A stretch of DNA of 64,000 nt from Geosiphon pyriformis uo1 (lineage: Eukaryota > Fungi > Glomeromycota). The translations under genes were made by a program, and so were the position numbers. The notes below the pieces were generated by a model. The model saw nothing but the letters and a program-made list of their open reading frames with translations. It ran no database searches and had not been told where the DNA came from. The stretch's first letter is position 1. Every line of letters begins with the position of its first letter. The stretch covers positions 1,276,057-1,340,056 of the forward strand of contig JAAOMT010000703.1 in the NCBI GenBank assembly GCA_016748015.1. The letters are read 5' to 3'. Shown piece after piece: positions 54,362 through 64,000 of the stretch.

Positions 54362-56617
54362 TATAGCTGCTAGAAACTTGTCTTCTGTGACAGTGGCTGG
54401 TGGAATATTGCTAATAAGTGGTTGCTTTTGTTTAGGTTCTCAGTTATTGGCTGAGGCATCTTCTGGGAGTAATTAGAAGACTTAAATAGTTCTGGGAACT
54501 CGAGTTTTGAGTATACCTGGTTCTTGAATTCCACTGTCTTGATTTTAACAGCTGGTTGGATGGACTGAAAATCAGTTGGTAAACAATCATTGCCAATCTC
54601 CAGTTTTGGGTAACTCTCAATCTAGGGTTCCCTAATGTCATTTGAACTGGGTTTAATGGCAGTGTTTGAACTGCAAGTGTTTGATAAATTATTTGTGGCT
54701 GTGGTGGTTAATATATTACCAGTGGCTGTAGTTGATATACTGGAAGTTGATATACAGGTGGTTGATATATTGGCTGTTGTATTATTGGCAGGTAAGTCAA
54801 TTAATACAGTGCTGAGTTGGGTTGGTAATTCGGAATTGGAAACCAGTAATCGAGATTTTGATATTGATTTCCCGATCATTAGTTGTCTATTCTTAACCTA
54901 CAGTCAACCCTTAAATGTCCTTGTTTACCACAGTAGTGGCAAACACGTGTCTTCTGCTGCCACTGTTGATTGGTTGAAGATGGATGTGACTAATTCTGGG
55001 AACAATTTGCATTTTCTGGATTATTGCATTATTGTGAAGGTTGATAGATTACCTGATTGTTAGCTAAGTATCCTTCTAATTTCTGGTTGATGGAATCACT
55101 AAATTGTTTTAACTTAGAATCCAATTCAGATGATTTGTTCATTACTAGATTGACAGCTTGGGCATGATTAGCTTCAAGTTTAGCTGCTTCAAAATCTCTG
55201 GCATTGGTAACTATGGCTTGAAAGTCTACTGGATGCATTGAACGTATACATTGGAAGATGCTACTGTGCAATTCACAAATGAACTGGTTTAGAATCTGAG
55301 GCACTGTAAAATAGTCAGCTTGAATTGCTTAAATTTGGTGTAGATTCTTATGAAAGTGTCCTAAGTAAGTAGTAACTGCTTTATTTTCTCCTTGCTTGAT
55401 AGTGGTGAAAGTGTTGGCCAGGCAATTAATACTGTTGTTATTACTGAAATATCCCAAAAAGACAACTTTGAATTTCTGGAATGTCTGAGGTTTGGCGACT
55501 AGACTTTGATACCACGAGTTGGCAGTATCCTGCAAGAAATAGGAAATAACTTGGAAGGCTTTTACATTGTTCTATCTGTTGGCTATGATAGCTTTTTTGA
55601 TGTTATTGAGCCAGATCTGGGCATCGTCTTCTTTGCCAGTGAATTTCTCTAGTTTTACTATGGGTGTATAGGCCATTGGATCTGGGTTTGGTTGTTGGAG
55701 TTGTTGTTGTGGCTGTTGAAGTGACTGCTGTTGCTGTTTGTCAATTGGTAAAGCTGGGGGTGGATTGATCACAATTACTGAAGGTAAGTGTTATTGATTA
55801 TTGATGTCAGGGTTTTGATCATTCTGATTGTGCTGTGTTTAAAAATTCAGAGTTTCGATTTCTGGATTTTCTAAATTTAGATTTTGCTGAGTTTGAACAT
55901 TCGGGGTTTTAACTTCCAGATTTTTAGTGATCAGGTTTTGGTAAGTAAATTCTTGTTCTCCTTCTGATTCTGTTATTTCCCAAGGATTCACAATTCCAAA
56001 GTTTGGTTGAAGTGGTGGGGATTGAAGTCCTGATGGTATTGGCAATTATGACTTGAATTTTTCAAAATACGCACCATATGGTCCTAGAAGATTTTTTTTT
56101 TTTGTTTACTCTGGAATAGAAATCATCCAAATGTTGATGTTGTTGTTGATGTGAACGCGCCTGTTGATGTGATGTTAATGATGCTTTCAGGTGTGTAATA
56201 ATAAGATGAATTGGCAGATAAATCAAATCTTTGTTTTTTCTATGTAGGTAGTTAGATTTGCTTTGGTGTTCTTGCTGGTGTTTGTAATCTCTCTTTGCCT
56301 TTGTCTGTATAAGTGATAAGGAATTGTTGTTGAGTGTATCTTTCTATAGTCTGGTTGATTTTCTTGATGATTGGTGCAAAACTGTAGTTTCTTGGTAAGC
56401 TGGTGTGTTGGAATAATTCTGTATAAAAGTTTTCTCTTGCTAACTCGATGTTAACTGTTCCTCCTAAGCAATCTGTGATTTTATTATTGACATAGAAGTT
56501 GAAGGCTGATTCTGCTGAAAAGTGGTTGTTGTTTAATTCTAATTGTTGGCTATACTGTTGAAACAAGGATTTAGTGAATCCTAGATGATTTGCTTCTATG
56601 TTTTCTGGTTCTGCCAC
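54362..56617 (-). pseudogene. Ty3/gypsy gag pseudogene (capsid + CCHC nucleocapsid); pol absent
   Basis: LEKFTGKEDDAQIWL..LQDTANSWY..IKQGENKAVTTY..ILNQFI capsid motifs. Intact CHYCGKQGHLRVDC at ~54900-54940. In-frame stops at Trp/Gln positions. Confidence 0.88.
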
Positions 56618-56660
56618 TTTTGGATGAGTGTTGTTGGTGCTGGTTCTTTGTAGGATTATA

Positions 56661-56677
56661 CCTCACAGGGAGCACCA
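56661..56677 (-). promoter_or_regulatory. Primer-binding site TGGTGCTCCCTGTGAGG
   Basis: 2 nt inside the 5' LTR, starts with TGG. Its complement CCTCACAGGGAGCACCA resembles the 3' end of eukaryotic elongator tRNA-Met or tRNA-Ile(UAU). Confidence 0.8.
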
Positions 56678-56679
56678 AA

Positions 56680-57511
56680 TATTACAAGTAATTATTTGGG
56701 GTCTCAAGTCAAATAACAAACCCATAACTTGGTGCTAGATTAATAGACTGATGGTGATATCTGAAGGTGTTGTTTATCTGAAGATTTTGTTGGGGAGTTC
56801 TTTGTATAATGAACAGAGATTTGTTTGATGGTTTTATCCGTAGCTTCTCGAAACCGCAGTTTCATCAAATTTTTTTCTCAGCATGGTGGCCGGTAATTCT
56901 CCTGGTAAGCTATCCTCAAATCTATGAGTGTTCTACCCTTGTTTCATAGGTCTTTTACCAGTCTTTATGACATCTTTTAACTCAGTGCTTTAATCCTTAA
57001 TCAGTTTAGTAAATAACAATAAAATCAAGAGAAAAAATAAAAAAAATAAAATAAAAAAAATAAAGAAGTAAGTTAATGCAATTGCAAGTTAGTATTTCAT
57101 CAATAGCTATGATCAAGAGCTATTGTTCCAGTGTGGTTAAGTATCAATTATTATCAACATGAAGTGTTGATAATAGAGAGTGAATTGAGATGGCAAATAG
57201 TTATTTATTGATATTTGTGATGTTAGTCTCTAATTAAAGGATTCTTACTGAAGAATTCTGCTCTTTTTACTTCTAATGCTACTGTTATATATACATAATT
57301 GATGTTTTATGAGATTGCTCACATTCTTGAGTGATGTGCTATGATTTCTTGAGCAATGTGCCATAATTTCTGATATTGCTTCACATTGCTAAGCAATGTG
57401 CCATGATTTCTGATATTGCTCCACATTGTTAAGCAATGTGCTCATGTATTAACTACTATTCTCTTATTGGTCTACTATTTTCCTATTTCTGTTCTCTTTT
57501 TATGAATAACA
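56680..57511 (-). mobile_element. Complete 5' LTR (~832 bp) of the Ty3/gypsy remnant
   Basis: Termini tattac (formerly tgttac) ... ataaca. Adjacent PBS, TATA-like tract ~57285-57292, 40-bp repeats in U3. LINE sequence resumes at 57512. Confidence 0.85.
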
Positions 57512-60500
57512 TCATCTTTTTTTTTCAGTTGTAAATAATGTGGTTTTAAATTTGGGTTTGAGTTAATCAAAAATTCTAACTGTTAAGATAAGAGAATTGG
57601 AATCTAAAATAGCAGCTCTTAAAGTTTTTATTGGTTTAGTCTTGGTAAAATTAAATTAGTTGTGTATTAATTTAAGTTTTTTGGTGTTTTTTTCATCTTA
57701 ATAAATAATTTAGTTTGAAAAATTGCTATGTGCAATGTTTAAGATATCAATGTTCCTGTCAAGCAGAAAGATATTGTTCATTGGCATATAAAATCAGGAA
57801 ATATAGTTTCAATTATCACAGAAACAAATTTAAAGTCTAGTATTAAGCTGTAGATTATGGATAAGTTTAATAATATAAGAATTTTTACATCTGGTCTAAA
57901 CAAAAGTTTTTTTGGTATTAGAATAATTATTGTTATGAACAGTTTTTTGGCTTATCATGTTTTAAAAGTAAAAGAAATTTCTGATTAAGTTATTTTGGTG
58001 TGTTTTTTGTTTAAGGACAAATTATCAATTATGAATATAAGTTTATATATTAGTGTTTCTGCTAAAACTAGATTTGGCCAAGCTTTAAACATTAATTTTT
58101 TTATTATTAAAGCAGTTAACTCTAGTACTTTTGTGGTTTTAAATAAGAATTTCAATAAAAATGATTTGAAAAAAAGTACAAATTTCAAGTTATGTGTAAA
58201 TTTAGGCTTGGTCAACTCATTTAATAGACATTTATTAAACAAAACTCATACTTAAAGCAATTTTAAAGACATTAAAAAAATTATAAATTTCATATTTTGT
58301 GAATTAAAATCTGATATTTGTGGTTGCTAATCATAAAATTTACATTATATCTGAGTTTTTTGATACTGATTATGAAGCAGTTTCTATTGTAAATACTTAT
58401 TTCAATAGTAATTATAAGCAAATTAATAAAAATAAGTGAAAATTCAAAATTAAAAATGCTGATATTAATAAATAATTACAGTTTAAAAAGTATTTATTGG
58501 GCAAATTCTCAAAAAAAATGAATAAATTTAATAATACAAAAGGTTATAATAACTTAGATACTATGTAAAAATTTTTAAAAAAGGTAGTAGTTAGTTCTGC
58601 TAATAAAATGTTTCTAAACTTTGGTTTAGTGAGTTTAAATATTTAAAAAATAAGCAATTATTAAAGTTTTTCAAGCTAGAATTATTGATGGCTAAAATTA
58701 TAAAGAGTTTGAATTTAAATTAAGATTTAAAAACTAATTATCTTTTTAATATCTGGTCTACTATTAATAAAAAAGCAGTCTTCAGAATGTGTATCATAAT
58801 TAATAATAATGAAAGTTTGGAAAAAATTTTATATTATCTATCAAAAGTCAAGAAAAGTTACCAAAAATTTAAGTATTATAAATTCAAAATTGTTAAAAAT
58901 AACTTTATTAAAAAAACTATAGACAAACATATAAATAATTTTTGTTTTGATAAGAAAAAAATAATTAAAAGTATTTTGAATTGACTATTTCAAAAGATAA
59001 TACTTAACTATTTGGTAGTTAATAATAAATTGATTTTGAAGCTACATAAAGTTAAGTTCATAACTGACAAAATTATGAAAAGATAAACAAAAGAGTATAT
59101 AATATCCAGTATTTAGTTTAATTATTGGTCTAATTAATATGCTTTTTTAAATTATGTTAATGATAATGCTTTTATAAAAATAATAAGTAAAATCAAGTTT
59201 AATGAGTTTTTCCAAATTGTTAAGGATTTATTTGATGGAAAAACCACTGGTTTTTCTGATATCTCTAATAAGCTTTGGAAACATAGTAATATGCAAATGC
59301 TAATTAATTTATTGGATATTTTCAATATGTGTTTAATGTCAGATACAGTTTTTATACAGTAAAAACAAGCCTAAGTTTTTATGATACCAAAGCCATATGA
59401 CTGTAAAAAAATTCTTACTAATACCAGACCAATAGCTTTAATTAAAACACCCTAAAAAATTTTGTTTAAGATTTTTTTAGATGGAATTTTTTTAATTTGC
59501 AGTAAATTTAACATTTTATATGAGAATAACTTTTCAGTTCTAAAAAACATATTCACTCAAACTTCAATTTTGGCTATTGGTTTAATAATTAAGAATATAC
59601 TAAAAAAAACAAAAAGCTGTGATTGGTTTTTTAAGATATGTAAAAAACATATGACTTTGTTAGTTAATTTTACTTGTAAAACAGTTTGAATAAAATCAAA
59701 ATGTGTTTTCATTTTATTAAGTTTTTTGGAAGTATACACAACAATTAAATTAATTAGATAATAACAAATTTTGGGCTTATAAATAGATATAATGTTTATA
59801 ATAGTTTGGATTAAAAAGAGGTTTTTTTATTACTGCTATAAAAAATCTTTTATGATTTTTTGTTTTATAGAGTCAAAAGGCATAAAGATTTGTATGACTA
59901 CAAGTTGAATTCAAAATTTTTTACAAGGTTTGGCAAATAGAATCTTAAAAGTAGCAAAACATTTTTTCTGGTAGCTAAGGTATTTGTGGATGATATTATT
60001 TGGATTGAAAATAACATGTCTGCTACTTAATGTATTTTGGATATAGCTAATTAATTTTTTCAAATCAATAACATTTCAATTAACATGGAAAAAACAGTTG
60101 TCATAATTATTAATCAGAAAGTAAAAGCTTCTTAGTTATTGATTAGTAAGTCAAACATTTTAATAGCAAAAAAAAGTGAATTTTATAGATACTTAGACAT
60201 TTTTTTGTTTACAAATAGTCTCTTTAAACTTAGTTTTACCAAAGCTCATTTAGATATTAGATTTTTTACAAACATAGTTTTAAGAAAAACTGTTTTGAAT
60301 AAACAATTTTTATATCTGGTCTCTACAGTTTTTTAGCTCATTATTAGTTATAGAATGTAATTTAGTTATATTTTACCAAATATGTGCAAAAAATAGGACA
60401 AAATATTAAGAAAAAAGCTAAAGCTTAAGACCAATTTATCCAAAGATTTTCTTAATAATGCTACTTTTTATTTTGAGTTATATAGTCTTAAATTATTTGA

Positions 60501-62495
60501 ACAGATGCAGACTGAAAATTTGTTGACAAGTTTGATCAACTTTGCCAATTTGAAAGATATTTTTAACAGATTGTTCGAACATAGAACTATAAATTTATAG
60601 GCTGTTAGTTAGATGTCTTGGCAACTTTTTAGTTTTTTGATTACACTATTAATCAATTTCATAAACTGTTTTCTGGCTGATGTAACCAATACACTGGTGT
60701 TATGTAATTTGTCTTTGATTAATAATATATCTAATGTTTTTCAGACTGGTTGTAATATTGTTATTGCAAATGTCTTAAGTATAGAATACTATTTGAACAT
60801 AGTAAATTTACTAAGAAAGTTTGGTATTGTTTTTGTAAATTAATTTCTAAACCATCATAATATGTGTTTTATGTGGAGTATGTTTTACAGATAAAAGAGG
60901 TTGAATCTTAGAGATCCTGTTTTTGATTGGTTTAATTTATTGATTTCATTTATTAAGAGTAATGATTTGGCTGGTAGTAATGCTTTGGCTCAATATTCTA
61001 TTCTTAATAACTGTTTATACAATTTGGTTTTGTTAATAAGTATTTTGTGGAAAGTAGATCTAATACTGTAATTGTTTATACAGATGGATTAGTCAAGAGT
61101 TTAAAATCTGTAAATGCTTGTAGTAGTATTGCTGCCTACTTTTTGAATGTTAATTTGAGTATTAAAGTTCAAGTTTATGACTTGCTTTCTTTAATTTTGG
61201 TAGAATTATAAGCATTATTTTTGTTTTGAATTGTATTCTTGTGTTCAACTTGGTAGTATTGTTAACAAATAATCAGACATTATTAAATATATGTGCTTTA
61301 ATAAATAAGTTTATTAATTCCAATTTTTGCAATAAGTGCTAAGTTAAAAAAAAACATATTCATTTGATTATTACATCTAAAAATCTGTTAGTTGATTAAA
61401 ACAAAGTTAAGAGTTATTCCGAAGTTGTTGACAATAAGCATACTGACTTTTTTGTGAATGCTGCTATTATGTCCAAATTTGTGTTGTCTGTTGAAATATT
61501 ATATTGCTTTTTTGTTATTAAAAGTAAGTCTGTTTTTAAAAACATCTGTTACTTTATAAGGCATTTTTTTGAAGTTGTTAGTTTTGTTGGTTGAAAATTC
61601 AAGTGCACAGATAATATTGTGAATATAAATTTTTGTAAACTGTTCAATATGTGTCAGACTTTTAGCATTTGGCATTTTAATAGTAGAATTTATTTTGGCT
61701 TTACCAGTTTTATCTTTGTAATTCTTTGGTTCTATTTCATAAAAGTTTTATATTATTAACTATCTGTGGCCAAAAAAAATAATTATATAAGTTAAGTTAT
61801 CCTGGTATATTGTGTATTCAGTACAGCTTGATTGAAAATTTTGACTATATATTTTTGTGCATTCAAAATATTTGTACCAGAAAAAATTCAATCTCAACAA
61901 CCATTAAGACTTAGACTAATTTGCTAAATGCTTATGTTGCTAACTATGTAGTAATTTAATCTTTGCAAGAAATAAAGTTTTTTAGTCATTTATATATGGT
62001 ATTAGCTAAAGATTTTATAATGAAAGAATGGATAGCTAACACAATAAGTTTGTTAAGTACTGAGTTCAATAAAAGTTTGTTAATTATTAATTTGGTCTGG
62101 GGTTTTGTCAAGGATTATAGATCTGCTATATAATTATCAACCACTAAATTGAAGATGTATTATAAGAAGTGTGGCCTTTTGTTATGTGATAATTCAGTAG
62201 CTTTGGTTATTTCTGGTTTGGTTTTATTATGGTTTTCCAAGATGATTTATAACTTTGATATTAGATTGGATATTCATGTTTGTTTCAGTTTGTATCTTAG
62301 TTTAATTAGTGTACATTTCAGTTTTTTGCAAGATTTTCTTATAGTGAATAGTTTAAATATATAATGTTATTTTGATTGGCCTGAGTGATTGATTATGTAT
62401 AGAAAAAGCATGAGCCATACTTAAAATAAGATTTTATTTGATTGTACAATTTTATATAGTAGTTGGACTGTACTCATTAAAATATTAATAAAAAA
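57512..62495 (+). mobile_element. LINE copy D (end of ORF1, entire eroded ORF2, 3'UTR, A-rich tail)
   Basis: KIAMCNV ~57720, NTRPIALI ~59420, FVDDIIW ~59985, YTDGLVK ~61078, ORF2 end 62364, 3'UTR homologous to 37517-37637. Confidence 0.9.
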
Positions 62496-62555
62496 TTAAT
62501 TAATTATATATTATAAAATATATATTAAACTTTTTTTTCTTTTTAATATAAATCT

Positions 62556-62745
62556 AAGAAACTTTTTTCTTTTTATATTCCAAAAAAAAGTAAATATTTT
62601 TGAGAAAAGTTTTTTTGTTTTTTTATATTTTACTATTCAGTTAGATCTTTTTTGTTTAATTATAAAGCTATTAATACTAATAACAGTTTAATTATAAAAA
62701 AAGTCAAAAAAAAATCTGGTGCTGGCTTAATAATTACAAATTTAT
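62556..62745 (+). mobile_element. LINE copy E, 5' stub
   Basis: aagaaacttttttct...gaaaagttttt...ttataaagct...ataaaaaag matches the young copy's 5'UTR and ORF1 start. Confidence 0.6.
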
Positions 62746-63570
62746 TTACCAAAAAAAATACAAAGATAGAATTTTAAAGAAAACTGCTGTTATAATCAAT
62801 TTGAGTACTTTTAAAAATATATTTTTAACTAATAAAGTAATTGGATTTAATATTAGAAATATGGGGCATGCTGCAACAAAACCAGACAAAGTGAACATTC
62901 TATTATGTAACATAAATGAGAGACTGATTTTATGATATGGCTGTAAAATTGACCAGTATGACTGATGACGTTTTGAAAAGTAATAATGGTTCTCATTCAT
63001 AACTTATGAACTTGTTAATTTTAATACTCACTTTATCATACCAGAATGTGATGAATATAAACCATAACAGGATTAATATAGGATTATCTCTATATAAAAA
63101 TAAAATATATGAAACTAATTTACATTAAATCCACTATGGAACCCAAGAATTACAGCACTATTCGAAGCATTCTAAAGAAAGCTCAAGAAGAAAAAATTGC
63201 TCCATACGTTTTTAAAATCAAAGTTCTCCAGGAATACCTAGATCAAGAAAAAATTACTTATGAAATTTATCAAGAAGAAAGGAAAATAATAACTAATAAA
63301 GAGCATTAACAACAACACATGATGAACCAAGAAAAAAAAGAAAACTAGAAGCATACCTCTTTCTTTATTACCATTTGATTACCATCAGTAATTTCCATGA
63401 TTCTTTATATACTGTTCGAGTAAGAATAATAATAAATATGATAATTTTGGTTCGCTGTGCCCAAGTACTACAAATCCGACACAATTCATGACCAGCAAAA
63501 CCTGTATCGTTTTAGAAACTATGGGTAAGTATTAAAGGTAATAAAAGGAAACACTAGAATAAGTCATTAG

Positions 63571-64000
63571 GAGAGCAGCCGTTTGATCGGCAAATTAACT
63601 GTTTCAAGTTCATGGTGTTCAATGAACGCTTATAATTTGAAATTGGTATAAAACCAGCACCATTTCACCCACGTTTTCGTTAAAAAACAAATTGAAATCT
63701 TCTGCGAGTTACTGCTGCTGATCACGCTTATCGCTGGTACTTCGCTCTACCATAAAACTCACAAGCAAGTCCGAACTATAACTCAAACGCTTTTTCAAGC
63801 GATAAAATCAAGGACAATTAAATCAAAATACCAGCTGCTCATTGAGCGGAAATATTTCTCAAGTTTGTGGGAAAGTCTTAACAAGTTGCTTGATAAAACG
63901 TCTGAGCTGGACTCAGTCTTATTTAACAAAGTGGTTATAAAATTCCACAAATCGCGCGAAAGAAAAAGCATTATTGCTTTTATTCTAAAAGGCCTTCACC
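63571..64000 (+). other. Possible coding exon running off the window end
   Basis: gtaagt donor at 63525, tag acceptor at 63570. The frame is open to 64000 except one TAA at 63649 (..KKQIEIFCELLLLITLIAG..SLWESLNKLLDK..). CpG-rich, unlike the TE relics. Confidence 0.35.

Noticed and set aside
56655-56680. tRNA gene ending in ACCA
   Set aside because: Only 17 nt of tRNA-like sequence with no cloverleaf; it is the PBS.
57350-57443. CRISPR-like array of palindromic repeats
   Set aside because: The spacers are themselves repeated, it lies inside a eukaryotic LTR, and there are no cas genes.
38211-62364. Small plus-strand ORFs (38211, 41078, 51370, 52344, 57995, 59462, 60139, 60613, 62149 etc.) as host genes
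   Set aside because: They are stop-free remnants of eroded LINE ORF1/ORF2.

Overview
Very AT-rich eukaryotic (fungal) DNA with short GT-AG introns. The gene families (BTB-BACK-TLDc, class-3 lipase-like) and transposon proteins point to a Glomeromycotina fungus, most reminiscent of Geosiphon pyriformis (recalled resemblance, not a database result). The first ~29 kb holds small CpG-retaining gene islands in decayed AT-rich DNA: a BTB-BACK-TLDc gene with a 2-bp frameshift, a dead Tc1 element, a tandem pair of secreted lipase-fold genes lacking the catalytic Ser and His, and a probable 66-aa tail-anchored protein gene. From ~29.7 to 62.7 kb the window is a nest of at least six co-oriented LINE copies (ORF1 RRM-like+CCHC; ORF2 APE-RT-RNase H-CCHC) at different stages of C>T/G>A erosion. 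It includes a young LINE inserted inside an older one, a pogo-like transposon and a chimeric Ty3/gypsy remnant. Most notable: (1) the duplicated secreted pseudo-lipases; (2) RIP-like transition erosion that hits transposons but spares the duplicated host genes; (3) the strand-polarised LINE array with conserved terminal hairpins.
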